From Octopus vulgaris (taxonomy: Eukaryota), in assembly GCA_951406725.2 (NCBI GenBank), contig OX597818.1, positions 104,904,001-104,968,000 of the forward strand: a DNA stretch of 64,000 nucleotides. Reading direction: 5' to 3'. The translations under genes and the position numbers were made by a program. Below the pieces are notes generated by a model. The model was given only the letters and a program-made list of their open reading frames with translations. It was not told the origin of the DNA and ran no database searches. Of the stretch, positions 13,843-27,134 are shown piece after piece (position 1 is the stretch's first letter; every line of letters starts with the position of its first letter).

Positions 13843-14963
13843 TGTATGTATGTATGTATGTATGTATGTATATATATATATATATACACATATATATACA
13901 TATATATATACATATATATATATTTATATATATATATATATGCATATATATATAATGCGTATATGTGTGTTTGTATGCGGGTATGTATGAATGTGTTAAT
14001 GTGTGAGTGTATATATTTACGTAAACAATTGTAAATAACTGGAGTTATAAGTATCATACTAAAAAAATATTTGCTTCCAAGTATGTATATGACATTTTAT
14101 GTGTATATATGTGTCTATGGCGATGGGGGGAATATATGGGTTTTTGCTGTATATCTATGCGTGCGTGTGTGTGTGTCTTTGTGTGTGTGCGTGTGTTTGT
14201 GTGTGTATGTGTGTGTGTGGGTCGTTTCGCACTTTAAAAGAATTCCTATGTATTCTTTCCCTGTTTTATCGCCATCTGAATTGCAATCCAACCCACTTAT
14301 CTGTTGTGTCATATTTCATTTATTTTTAAATTTCTTCTTTTTTTGCATCGCATCGCTGTCGTCGTCATCATCATCCTCATCATCATCATCATCATCATCA
14401 CCATTATCACTATCATCATCATTATCACGATCATCATCATTATCATCACCATCATCATTATCACCATCATCATTAGCAGCAGCAGCTACATCATTATCGT
14501 CATCTTTTTTGTTTTTATATTGCTCTTCTTGCTTTTCTTCTTCTTCTCGTTTTTCTTCTTTTTCTTCTTCTTCTTCTTCTTCTTCTTCTTCTACTACTAC
14601 TACTACTACTACTTCTTTTTAATCTTCTTCCTTTTCTTCTTCTGCTGCTGCAGCTAATGCCGATGCTGATAGCTGAAAATAGACTGGTGTAGTTGTAGAC
14701 GAGAAAAAGAAGAAGAAAAAGAACAGCAGCAGCAACAACAACAACAACAACAAAAACAAGGGCAAAAACAAGAACAACAACAACTTCAAAAACAACTACC
14801 ACAATGAGGAAGAATTTTTTTTTTCTTTTTCCGTTTTCTTTGCGTTGCATTATTTTAGTTTGTAGGGTTTTTTCTTTGGCAAGGCCGTCTTGTTGCATAT
14901 GAATATGTATGTGCGCGCATGCGTGTGTGTGTATACGTATGCGTGTAATTATGGAAATATAAA

Positions 14964-15036
<73 letters not shown>

Positions 15037-15305
15037 ATATATATATATGTATATATATGTATATATGCTTTTTCACATATCTGTGTATGTGTGCGTGTGT
15101 CTGTGTCTCTGTGTATGTTTGTATATATTTGTGTGGGTATGTATATTTGTGAGTGTTTGTATATATTTGTGTATGTGCGTGCATGCGTGAGTGTGTGTGT
15201 CTGTATGTATGTACGTGTGTAATGTATGTTTATATGTATGCATGTATGTATGTATGTATGTATGTATGTATGTATGTATGTATGTATGTATGTATGTATG
15301 TATGA
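12510..15305. repeat. Compound microsatellite field: (TA)n, (TG)n, (TATG)n, (TCA)n, (TTC)n, (TAC)n, (AAC)n
   Basis: Read directly from the sequence. Confidence 0.9.
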
Positions 15306-16004
15306 AACATTGCTATCACCACAAACTAACGATTATTCTAACATTAAATGCAATATTATCAGAAATGTTTCACTGGCCTTTGCCCTGAATAGTGTAGCTG
15401 ATATATTCATATCAAATATACAAATATTATCAGTAGTTAACTACTCAATAAACTCTTGTTTACGTCAGATTCCAACATAATCAATTTTTAAATGTCGCAC
15501 ATAAACGAAGTGTATGAGAGCATCATACACAGCTTACATGCGTATGTGTTATTCAGTTCTAGTATGAACGGAACAGAGAGATTGCAAGCGAAAGGCAGAA
15601 ATAGAGGAAGCGGGAGAGGCGTGACAGAAAGAGATGGAGAATAATATAAAACTATAACACTAATCGTTGTTTCGTCGCTAGTTTTCTCCTTGTTTTTAGC
15701 TGCTTCGAACCAAATCAGTTATATAGTGGCCAGCAGGAGGTGAGAAGAATTAAATTGAGCAGAATAGAGCCAATAATGGAAGAGGAAGTCACGATTCTTT
15801 AGCCCAGAGATTCGACATGGAATCCATTAATCCATTGTACCTCCTTAGGAATGTGTTAATAGATAATATGGTGAATTTTTCACTCTGCACCGCTAAGTGC
15901 ACTTCTGTGTACTTGAAGCGTGTGCATTATTTCTTTTGTGGAACGAGAAAATGTTCTGTTATTAATATTTGCCATTTGTTCATGTAATGAGTCTGCTTCC
16001 GCTG

Positions 16005-16420
16005 CTTTATAGCGTTTGGCAAAATCGTTGAAACGTCGGACGTAACGCTTTGAGCTATTTTCTCCGACTTTTTACGTTCTCAGTTCAAATCCAGCTAAAG
16101 CCAACCTTACTTTTCATTTTTTCCAAAGTCGATAGAATTAAGTACCAGAGCACTATTGCGATCGAGTCAATCGACTATGTTTAACCTCTCAAAAACGTAC
16201 TGGCTTTGTGCCTAAATCAGAATACTTTGAACAATCGTTAGCACACCGGCAAATTACTTAGCAGTGTTTCGTCCGTTCTGAGTTCAAATTCAACCTTGGT
16301 CGACTTTACTTTTCATCCATTCTGGGTCGATAAAATAAGTACCAGTTGAGTACTGATATCAATGTAATCGACCTACACCCCACTCACGAAATTGCTGGCC
16401 TTGTGCCAAAATCTAAAACT
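16005..16420 (+). mobile_element. Two degraded SINE copies (gtcgactttgcctttcatcc family)
   Basis: ttctgagttcaaatt...gtcgacttt..tttcatcc...aagtaccag cores at ~16075 and ~16277. Confidence 0.7.
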
Positions 16421-16435
16421 ATTATTATTATTATT

Positions 16436-16986
16436 GAGTGAGAGAGCAGTGCATGCCATCAAAGTGACACTGGCGTAAAATATACGAAGCCCAGTATACC
16501 CATCATGACTACCTGTCTCATAAGGTTACACCAGGCACATGCGTCCATATGTGCGAGACATGGTGATCTCATATCAAGATTAACAGCGCATGACCTTGCA
16601 GGTGGGGCCCAGTTAGAAGTTTCTTCTGTCGAGTAGCCCATCCCGCTCAAAAGGTCCCTGAATAAGAGTTGTTTAAGAATGTTGAACGAACCACCCAGGT
16701 TTCCAAAGGTGAATTATCCAAACCTCCAAGAATTCCTTTCAACACACAGCTATGATGATCCCCACTAATTCTGCTCGTGATTAGAGGTGCACATATTGTT
16801 AGCCACTAAGGGAGATGGTCAACTGGTTAAGGTCAAACAACTGACAAGCAAATCTTTGGTATTGAGCAGAATATTTGCTGTCGCCCATCTTTTATACCAA
16901 GACAAAACAATGTATATGATAACACTTCCAATCAGTTAAGATCAGAAGCCACGAGAGCCACTGCCTGGTACTGCATCAGGGCATCA
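16436..16986. mobile_element. Unclassified ~550-bp insertion bounded by (TTA)n/(TCA)n
   Basis: More GC-rich block with sharp microsatellite boundaries on both sides; no recognisable ORF. Confidence 0.4.
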
Positions 16987-17084
16987 TTATCATCATCATC
17001 ATCATCATTATTATTATTATTATTGTTGTTGTTGTTGTTGTTGTTGTTGTTCTTGTTCTTGTTATTATTATTAATATTTTTACT

Positions 17085-17300
17085 AAGGCGGCGTGCTGGC
17101 AGACTCGTTAACACGCCGGGCAAAATGCTTAGCGGCATTTCGTCCGTCTTTACACTCTGAGTTCAAATTCCGTCGAGGTCGATTTTGCCTTTCCGAATTT
17201 CTGAGTCAACAAAATAAATACCAGTTGAATATTAGGGTCGATGTAGTTGACTAGCCCCTTCCCACAAAAAATGTCAGCCCTTGTCCCTATAACAGAAAGA
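17085..17300 (+). mobile_element. SINE (aggcggc..gctggcaga family)
   Basis: Head, core and tail match 33903-34110. Confidence 0.8.
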
Positions 17301-17327
17301 ATTATTATTGCTGTTGATATTGTTACT

Positions 17328-17332
17328 ACTGC

Positions 17333-17364
<32 letters not shown>

Positions 17365-17522
17365 CTTCTTCTTCTTCTTCTCTACTACTACTACTACTTC
17401 TACTACTACTATTACTACTGCTACTACTACTAATTCTACTACAACTACTACAACTACTACTACTACTACTACTACTTCTTCTATTACTACTACTACTATT
17501 GCTACTGTTACAACTACTACTT

Positions 17523-17558
<36 letters not shown>

Positions 17559-17600
17559 TTGCTACTGCTGCTGCTGCTGCTACTGTTGCTACTACTACTA
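17328..17600. repeat. (CTT)n-(CTA)n trinucleotide tract
   Basis: Read directly from the sequence. Confidence 0.95.
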
Positions 17601-18040
17601 ATAGAGTTTTGTTAATCACCAATGTTGTCTCCGTAGATTTTTACACATTTTCTGATGTTTTTGCTCAGAAAGAGGCTCCTTTACTTTATTTTTCCTGCCG
17701 ATGTTGTTGACAAAACCAGCAAGCAATATCTTGATGCCATTCTTCTTTGATGTTAATCCTTCTGTGGAATCATCGCGTTGTTTTAAAAAAAAATCTGTTT
17801 TTAAAAATATCCATTATTTATTTTCAAAAATAACATAGATCCAAAGAATGCCATGATAATATTCGTGATAGAGGGCAGTGAAAGAGAAACAGAAGATAAG
17901 GCAAAGAGAGAGAGAGACTTGAAAGTCTAGTAGTGCGATCATAGCAACGAAAGGTTTCAACATTGTACAAGCCAACGTACATCATAGTATAAAGACGAAA
18001 AGTAGTTCCCTGAAACCTGTAGCAACAGCTGCAATAGCAG

Positions 18041-18400
18041 TGGAGGCGCAATGGCCCAATGGTTAGGGCAGCGGACTCGCGGTCGGAGAATCGCGGTTTC
18101 GATTTCTAGACCGGGCGTTGTGTGTGTTTATTGAGCGAAAGCACCTAAAGCTCCAGGAGGCTCCGGTAGGGGGTGGTGGCGATCCCTGTTGTATACTTTC
18201 GCACCAACTTTCTCTCACTCTTTCTTCCTGTTTCTTGTCCCCTACGTCCTACGCAACCGCTGAGTCTGGATGTGCATTCATCCATCCGTCGATGTTTTCG
18301 GTGTCGGGGGTTGACCTGCTTTCTCTTCTGCGGGTCTTACGAATAGCAAATGACCACGTTTCGGACTTCTCCCACTGGACGAAGACCGTTACGCTCAACA
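18041..18400 (+). mobile_element. tRNA(Arg-like)-derived SINE
   Basis: tggaggcgcaatggcccaatggttagggcagcggactcgcggtcgg...ggtttcgattt (A/B boxes). Confidence 0.85.
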
Positions 18401-19173
18401 GCACAACAGCACAGCACAGCACAGCCTCAATAGCAACAAAAAACAACGAGGATTGCTACAAGATAAACAAAAACAATAATAACAACAACAAAAAACAATA
18501 AGGAAAATAGCTTTCCCGTGCAACATTTAAACGGACAATTACAAGCTCGAAGGAAAAACAAGAGCTGTTATCAAAATATAAGAGCAATATTGTTGCCCTG
18601 AGATAATGAGACTACACTTTCTGCCGAGTAGGTAGAATCACTTGACCATTGACCTACAAATGCATAAATCGTAGAGACATGATACTGCAGTTTGCCACTC
18701 TCGCACAAATTACTAGAAGACCGAAAGAAGAGCAACCAACTATAGTTTATGTATTTGTAATATTTTCACGTGTTAAGGCAGCGAACTGGCAGAATGGTTA
18801 GCATTTCAACCAAAATGTTAACCGGCATTTCGTCAGTTTTTACATTCTGAGTTCAGTTCCGCCATGGTCGACTTTGCCTTTTATCCTTTCGGGTCGATGA
18901 AATAAGTACCAGTTAACCACTGGGGTCAACGTAATCGACTAGCCGCATTCCACCAAAATTTCAGGCTTATTAAAAGACACTTTAAGGGAGCAAGCTGGTA
19001 GAATGATCAGTGTGTTGAATTTACTCCCTCCGTCGAAATTGCTGGCCTCGTGGCAAAATTTGAAATCATTTCCACGCGTTGCAAGACGTTAGCTGAAGGA
19101 ATGGTAAGAACAGGTTCTTTCCCTGATAGTTGCAACAGTGCCACAACCAAACACAACTAGAAAATATTTTCAA

Positions 19174-19556
19174 CGGCGTAGGAGTGGCTGTGTGGTAAGT
19201 AGCTTGCTTACGAACCACATAGTTCCAGGTTCAGTCCCACTGCGTGGCACCTTGGGTAAGTGTCTTTTACTATAGCCTCGGGCCGACCAAAGCCTTGTGA
19301 GTGGATTTGGCAGACGGAAACTGAAAGAAGCCCGTCATATGTGTGTGTTTGTGTGTCTGTTATTGTCCCCCCAACATCGTTCGATAACCGATGCTGGTGT
19401 GTTAACGTCCCCGTAACTTAGCGGCTCGGTAAAAAGAGACCGATAGAATAAGTACTAGGCTTACAAAGAATAAGTTCTGTGGTCGAATCGATTTGCTCGA
19501 CTAAAAGTCTATGCTGCAGCATGGCCACAGTCAAATGACTGAAACAAGTAAAAGAA
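19174..19556 (+). mobile_element. tRNA-derived SINE with internal (TG)n and LINE-like tail
   Basis: ggcgtaggagtggctgtgtggtaagtagc...ggttcagtccc; tail gcagcatggccacagtcaaatgactgaaacaagtaaaag. Other copies at ~29735, ~30335 and ~42830. Confidence 0.85.
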
Positions 19557-20066
19557 CAAAGATTAAAAAAAAAACAGACGCATCAAATACACTGATGGAG
19601 CACCGAGCCTGAACACTTACACTTTTAGAACAGAGAACACCAAAAAATGATAGACTTGGAAACATTAACTTTCATGAGGAAAAAAAACAATTCAAACACA
19701 ATAGCAACAACAAAAGCAGCAACATAAAAGGAATATTCGTTATTTTTTTTATTTCTTTGCGATGTCTTTCTCACTAATTCACTTAGCTTCTAATCGAGAA
19801 TATTATATCTATAACTTTTTGTTGTGGTAGCTTGCGTATTAATAATATTACCGTGCTTTTGACATTTGTTTCGTCTTTTGTTTTAAGTATTAATCTTGCG
19901 TGTCTATAATATTCCTTCCTATTTTATTTTTTGTTTTGTTTGTTTGTTTTGTTTGTTTTTTTGTTTATTTTGTGCGCCTTGTAGTTTGTCTAGTTTATTG
20001 ATTGCTAAGTATTTGTAAGTCTATGTTTGACCTATTTCTCTAATCCAGAAGGTAACTTATGAACGA

Positions 20067-20104
<38 letters not shown>

Positions 20105-20886
20105 CAATAGTAAAAACGAAGAATGAAGTAGTGCAAAGTCGATGTATTACACTGAGGAAGGAAATAAGAGATATCAACGTTTCGGATAGTTTATCCTTTG
20201 TCATAATAGAGAAGTGAAGAAAAACATGCATGTGTTTATAATAGTAGAGAGAATAATGGTAAAATAGAAGTGGTTTCTGGCAGAGAGGAGTGCATTGATT
20301 AGCGGTTATGTGCTGAGGGAATTAAGAGAAGAATAAGTTGTAAGTATATGCAAATGAAAGTAAAAGTGGAGAGTATATTTGAGGGTGAGTGGAGAAAATG
20401 GAAATATTTGTGTGTAATTATAATATTTATATATGTGTGTGTGTACGTGTGTGTGTGTGTGTGTGTGTGTGCTTGTATGTATGTGTTTGTCCCCCAACAT
20501 CGCTTGACAACCGATGCTCGTGTGTTTACGTTCCGGTAACGTAGCGGTTTTGCAAAAGAGACCGATAGAATAAGTCCTGGGGTCGGTTTGCTCGACTAAA
20601 GGTAGTGCTCCAGCATGGCCGCAGTCAAATGATTGAAACAAGTAAAAAAATTATGCACAAGGCCTGAAATTTTGGAGGAGGGGAGGGGGCTAGTCGATTA
20701 CTTCAACTCCAGTAAGTAACAGAGACTTATCTCATCAATTCCAAAGGGATGAATTAATAAAGTGGACTACGGCAGACGGAATGCCACTACGCATTTTGCC
20801 CAGCATGCCAAAAATTCTACCAGCTCGCCTCCTTAAAAGAAAGCCCGTTGTAATACAGTTCTATATTTAAGAGATGAAGAATTATA

Positions 20887-21323
20887 TCCTGATGTCATAT
20901 GTCATATCTTTTGTATCTTTTTGGAGAGGCCTTTCACATAGGGTAGACAGATTGTGGACAACTTATCAGTTTCATCCTAACTTTTCTTCCTCATTGGAGT
21001 AGAGAGTATACTTTTGGGGTAGTTGTTGCTTAATAGATTGTTACTGAGCTTGATCATTTCTTAGTAGGGGGTATCACTATCGCTAGTTATATTCATTGCT
21101 TGATGTTATAGGCACTGAGCAATCCCTCTCTTTACACTGTATGGATGGTGGGAGTTGAAGTTGAGGTATCGTACAGTGAAGGTCGGCTAGTGGTATATGG
21201 ATGTCCTGAATCCATACTTGCTGCGTGTTATTAATACGTCCAGGCATGCTAGTTAATTGTCTTTTCCTTTTTTCGTCGTGAACCGTATGGATGGCTTTAT
21301 TGAGTTCACATGATCTAACAGCA
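20887..21323 (-). mobile_element. Inverted arm of the Penelope/Poseidon-type PLE (RT thumb region)
   Basis: Diverged reverse complement of 21368-21783; extends slightly further 5' (rc LLDHVNSIKPSI). Confidence 0.9.
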
Positions 21324-21367
21324 CTTGGATATCTTCCAAGTATGGATTCAGAACATCCGTATACCGC

Positions 21368-22197
21368 AAGCCATCCATACAGTTCACAATGGAAAAAGAA
21401 AAAGACAATCAGCTAGGATTCCTGGACGTATTAATAACACGCACCAAGTATGGATTCAGGACATCCATATACCACTAGCCGACCTTCACTGTACGATACT
21501 TCACCTTCAATTCCCACCATCCATTCAGTGTAAAGAGAGGGATTGCTCAATGCCTAAAACATCGAGCAATGAATATAAGTTAGCGATCATGATACTCACT
21601 ACTAAGAAATGATCAAGCTCAGTAACAATCTGTTAAGCAACAACTACCCCAAACGCATACTCTGCACTCCAATGTGGAAGAAAAGAGAGGATGAAACCGA
21701 TAAACTGTCTACAGTCTGTCTATCCTATGTGAAAGGCCTCTCCAAAAAGATACAAAAGATATGCGACCCATATGACATCAGGACAGTATTCAAGAGTAAT
21801 ACAACACTTCGCAAATATCTCCTTCGAGTAAAACCACCAATTGAAGAGAATATGAATAAGAACTGCATGTACTCCATCCCATGTAGCTGTGGTAGGCGAT
21901 ACAAAGGCGAAACATGCCGCCCCCTTAAAATAAGGGTAGAGGAACATCGCAAAGCTGTGACACGGGGAGATATTGATAAATCGGGTATAGCTAATCATGA
22001 ATGGGAAAAATGGAGACCACCTCCCTCTGTGGGATGAAGTTAAAATAATAGTCAGAGAACACCAGTGGAAAATACGAAAGCTAAAACAAGCAGCACATAT
22101 GCTAGGATACAATAGCCTCCTAAGCAGACCGAGTGCAGGTATGAATAGCATATGGGAACCGGTATTAAGGAAGGATAGGAGAATATTAGTTTTATAA
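21368..22197 (+). pseudogene. 5'-truncated Penelope/Poseidon-type PLE: RT C-terminus + GIY-YIG endonuclease
   Basis: PSIQFTMEKEKDNQLGFLDVLI, FNSHHP, NNYPK, LSYVKGLS, CMYSIPCSCGRRYKGETCRPLKIRVEEH; stops and frameshifts present. Confidence 0.92.
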
Positions 22198-22227
22198 GCC
22201 CTAAATTTCACTCTGTAATTGCCCACT

Positions 22228-22296
22228 AGCATATGACGTAGTGGTTAAGAGCGCAGGTTACTAACCCCAAGATTCCGAGTTCGATTCCAGGCAGTG
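22228..22296 (+). promoter_or_regulatory. tRNA-like Pol III A/B-box module just 3' of the PLE ORF
   Basis: A box tgacgtagtgg (22234-44) and B box gagttcgattcc (22277-88); no intact acceptor stem. Confidence 0.6.
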
Positions 22297-22331
22297 AATA
22301 ATAATAATAATAATAATGATAGTAACAGCAT

Positions 22332-22435
22332 TTGCAGAAAGTACGGTTAATTTCGAAATACTAAGGTATTTTTCGATGAAAATAACAACATCGAAAAATA
22401 CCTTAGTATTTCGAAATTAACCGTACTTTCTGCAA
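22332..22435. repeat. Perfect 47-bp inverted repeat, 10-nt loop
   Basis: ttgcagaaagtacggttaatttcgaaatactaaggtatttttcgatg / exact reverse complement at 22389-22435. Confidence 0.97.
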
Positions 22436-23288
22436 TCAAGGAGCACGAATTCTTGGTTTCCTTGTTTTCGTTTTTGTTTTTGTCTTTGAGCGGAGAGGGT
22501 TAACAACAAACAAGATGAAGACAAATTGTAAATAATGTATAAGCACTAGGCTTACAAAGAATTAGATTTCTTCGACTAAAACCCTTTAGAGCGCTGCTCC
22601 AGCATGGTTGCAGTCAAGTGACTGAAACAAGTAAAAGAATAAATAGATAGGTAGGCAGACAGACAGACAGCGTGTATCTATGTATTAAGTATGCATAATT
22701 ATACATGTGGGTGTGTGTATGCAATGTCTTCCAAACTGCACTCGCAATTTATTGGTCATCAAGATTTCTGTGTTGGAAGATACTAACGTAATGTGCTTTA
22801 CGGTGCAATCGAACGCAGAACTATGTGACTGCTAAACAAACTTCCGTAACCACACGCCTGTTTCCGTATAGAAACGACAGTCATCTCCGGTTCTTTTCGA
22901 CTATCATCTTCTTATAAGCTTTGATGTGCTTACGAAATTGGCTTTTTAATTTTAAAAACACATACTGTATGAAGAAGAAGGCAGAACTCACGATGGGGGT
23001 AAAAAAATGTGTGTCCCCAGATTTTAAAATATTTCAGTGGAAAGACAGAATTAATCACCTCAGCACAATATTCCAATTTTCCTAAAATCTCATTTAGAAT
23101 ATTGCAGCCTACTTCTGTCACCCAATATCACCGAAAACATCAATAAAAAGTGAAACCCTAAATAGATCAGTTCGAAAAATAAATGGTTTATATTGCCTGT
23201 ATATAAACATATGTATATATATATGCATATGCGTATGTATGTACGTACGTATTACGTAGCCATGTATTTATTATATATATATATACAT

Positions 23289-23355
<67 letters not shown>

Positions 23356-23402
23356 TGTATGTATAAATATATATATATGTATATATATATACACACACAC
23401 AT

Positions 23403-23442
<40 letters not shown>

Positions 23443-23588
23443 CTGTCTATATTTATTATATATATATAATATATATATATATAAATAAAGCGTATTTATT
23501 ATATATATATATATATTATATTATATACATATATACATATATATATATATATACACATATATGTATATATATATATGTATGTATGTAT

Positions 23589-23651
<63 letters not shown>

Positions 23652-23672
23652 AGATATATATATATGTATATA

Positions 23673-23733
<61 letters not shown>

Positions 23734-24050
23734 GTATCTGTCTATGCGCGCAAGCGTGTGTGTATGTGTGTATGAAAGTAAATGACAGGTAAGAGTAAAA
23801 CAAGAGACAGAAAGAAGAGATAGTAAGGAAAAGAAAGAATAGATGAGGCGCATGAACCAGTGAGAGGGGGAGGGAGACGGTGCGCGTGCATGTGCGTGTG
23901 TGTGTGAGAGAGGGGGAGAAAGAGAAAGAGAGTGAATGAATGCAAAGCAATGAAAAGAGAAAGCTACAGGAAGCTGACAATAAAAATGTATGACAGTTGC
24001 ATGTGTGATACAAGTGTTTACGATAGCTTTGTATACAACGTATGCGTGTG

Positions 24051-24112
<62 letters not shown>

Positions 24113-24224
24113 AAATGAAAGACGGAAAATGGAATATACGAGAATTTATTATTAATCACAACTGTTTCGACACATCTAGCATCCGTTATATATATATATA
24201 TATATTTGCATGTATGTATGTATG

Positions 24225-24292
<68 letters not shown>

Positions 24293-24343
24293 AGTCGAGG
24301 CTGACCTTCTAAACTAACTATGACTTAACCATCCTCTCACACC

Positions 24344-24395
24344 GTCTCCGATGAAGGGATATAATTAATAAATATCCTGGAAACAGCTGTAAAGC
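24344..24395 (+). ncRNA. Hammerhead-like motif (U4C core)
   Basis: CCGATGA-A-GGGATAT...ATATCCT-G-GAAA-CAGCTG-TA, inside a (TA)n-flanked block. Confidence 0.6.
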
Positions 24396-24948
24396 CTTCT
24401 ATCTATAAATGCCCTAATATCTACACAGCCTTGGTTTTTTTATCTCATTACGCAAAAAATTCTTATATATATGTGTATATATATAGAGAGAGAGAGGGGG
24501 GAGAGAGACTAAAAGAGAGAAAGAGAGATAGGAACAAGGGTAGAGAGAGGGAGAAAGAGATCCAATATAGGTAAAAATCAACAAAAAATATTCCATCCAG
24601 TGAGAGAAAACATGAATTTAATACACATTACGAAAGGGCTACCAATAGTTTCACGTTATTATGATACTTTAATTAGGCATAATTATAAAATGCGCCATGT
24701 CTCGCCAACCAGTCTTTCGGGCTTTGTTTATGCGTCATATATATTTTAAAAACAAGGACGCTAGGCAATAAGAAAATCAGAAAAGAAAAACGTGACGAAA
24801 ATCGTGAAGAACTTTCGTGCATAAAATGAAACGAAAAGACAAAAACGAAAACAAGTAAAACAAGACTTCGTACACCTTGATTGCAGAAAGCACAGTTAAT
24901 GCAGCTCGAACAGAACATATGTCAAGCAGATAGACAAACAGATTCTTA

Positions 24949-25165
24949 TACGAGGGGCGATGAAAAGTTCCTGGCTTTGGGTAAAAGAAAATACAGGTGG
25001 ATCATTTAACTCTACTGTTATTCAACATATTCCCTTCTCAGATTCGCACACTTATTGCAACGGTCCTTCAGCTTTTCTAAGCCCTGTAAAAGAACTCGAA
25101 AGGTTGGGCCACCAACCAAGCCTTTCGCGAGACTCTTAAATCTAGGAAACTTTTCACGAAAGCTT
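24949..25165. mobile_element. mariner-type TIR/MITE fragment
   Basis: TA-cgaggggcgatgaaaagttcc terminus typical of mariner TIRs. Confidence 0.6.
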
Positions 25166-25321
25166 CGTTATTGTTAAACATGCACACACACATATATATA
25201 TATGTATGTATATATATACGACGAGCTTCTTTCAGTTTCCGTCTACCAAATCCACTCACAAGGCTTTGGTCAGCCCGAGACTATAGTAGAAGACATTTGC
25301 CCAGGGTGCCACGCATATATA

Positions 25322-25407
<86 letters not shown>

Positions 25408-25601
25408 GTGTACATTTAAACACAAGAGAAACTACTTTTAACAGGTAATTTTACACGCTAGAATATGCAGTCGAAACGACCAAAACCACATTTAAGGGCA
25501 ATTTCGAAGAGAATGAAAAATAAAAACTTTTACCTTGTTATTTTTTTACAGTTATACCTAGTTTTCTAATTTTTTTAGCAAATAAAATAATTTACTAGGC
25601 G

Positions 25602-25674
<73 letters not shown>

Positions 25675-25675
<1 letters not shown>

Positions 25676-26773
25676 GATGGGTGTCTGAAAAGTCTTGAGC
25701 CTTAAAAAACAAAACATGGTACAAGACTTCTGATGGTTTATTTTTCAACATAGTCCCCTTTGATGGCTGAACACTTTCTCCAGCGGTGCTGAAATGCTAT
25801 TATCCCGGTGAAGAGGAACTCTTTTGTTTGAGACTCTAAGCACCTTTCTACAGTGTATAAGACGTCATTGTCAGTGACAAAATGGCAACCAGCCAGGGCT
25901 TTTTTCATTTTGGGGAATAGATGTAAGTCAGAGAGGGCTAAGTCTGACGAATAAGGCAGATGGGGAACAAGTTCGTATCCACAATCACGAATTGTTATCA
26001 TAGCAACCACTGAGGTGTGGGCTGGAGCATTGTTGTGATGAAAAAGGACTCCTCTGGTGAGCATTCCTGGTTTTTTTTCTTTGATTGCTTCCTGGAGGCA
26101 TTACAGTAGCTGACAATAATACATCCCTGTCGCGGTGTGACCCTTTTCAAGGTAATCGATCAGCAAGACACCCTGAAAATCCAAAAAACTAACGCCACGA
26201 CCTTGCTTGCTGATGGAATGACCTGGCCTTCTTTGGGGTAGGAGAAAATGCGTGCTTCCACTGCTTTGATTGTTCTTTGGTTTCTTTGGTTTGAGAACCC
26301 AAGTTCTTTTGTCACAATGTTGTCTGCTCTTTCATTTGAGATGCCCAGTCTCTCAGCAATCTGGCGACATGATATTCGCCAATCTTGCATTATCATACCA
26401 AGAGCAAGGTCAATGTTGTCCTCGGTGATTACAGTTGGAGGCCTCCCTGGTGTAGGATCATCTTCCACACTCTCTCTGCTACGCTGGAATTCATTTACCC
26501 AGCGATTGACTGTTGCATATGAAGGAGCATTGTCTGTTAAGGTTCTCACCATATCTCCATGGATTTCTGACAACACGATACTCAGTTTTCTCCATTTTCC
26601 TTGTAACCTCGACTCCTGTTTATTAAAAAATCTGTAACAAAAAAATTAAGATATCAGAATCATGAAAATGAGCAAGAATACTTCGAAAAGACTGTACTTA
26701 CCAGAAAAAATTGTTTCAGCTACCTAGCAGCCCCGTTTCTAGGTTAGGCTCAAAACTTTTCATACATCCCTCT
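25675..26773 (-). mobile_element. Degraded mariner DNA transposon
   Basis: TA-flanked imperfect TIRs (cgatgggtgtctgaaaagtcttgagcc / ggctcaaaacttttcatacatccctct). Transposase fragments: WVNEFQRSRESVEDD..GRP, HHNNAPAH, HLPYSSDLALSDLHLF. Confidence 0.92.
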
Positions 26774-26870
26774 TATATAGAGGGAGAATTCACAAAAACA
26801 CAAAAGACGAAGACAGGTGGTGTAGACAACAAACAGATGTATTAGTTTAACGCTCGAGAAGTGAAAAAGT

Positions 26871-26906
26871 CTTTAACGTTTCGAGCCTACGCTCTTCCAC
26901 AGAAAG
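26871..26906 (-). ncRNA. Hammerhead-like motif (A6U core)
   Basis: rc cttt-CTGTGGAA-GAGC-GTAG-GCTC-GAAA-CG-TT-aaag; stems I and II intact. Confidence 0.6.
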
Positions 26907-27060
26907 AAACAAAGAGAGAAAATAAATGTGCAGTAGCTAGCGATATATTTACATATATTTTATGGAGTTATACATATTATGTAAATATATATATATATCT
27001 ATATACAATTGCATACATGTATACACTCACACATACATACATACATACATATATATATAA

Positions 27061-27120
<60 letters not shown>

Positions 27121-27134
27121 AGATATATATATAT

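Noticed and set aside
11872-15480. Long ORFs (up to 310 aa) rich in YI/CV/HT/S/F runs
   Set aside because: Stop-free read-through of (TA)n, (TG)n, (TATG)n, trinucleotide and pyrimidine-rich tracts; no domain signal.
17247-17622. Poly-Ser/poly-Leu and poly-Val/poly-Lys ORFs
   Set aside because: (CTT)n(CTA)n microsatellite.
18041-18115. tRNA-like sequences (also at 9680, 22228, 45143)
   Set aside because: A/B boxes are present but acceptor stems are incomplete and most run into SINE bodies, so not called as tRNA genes.
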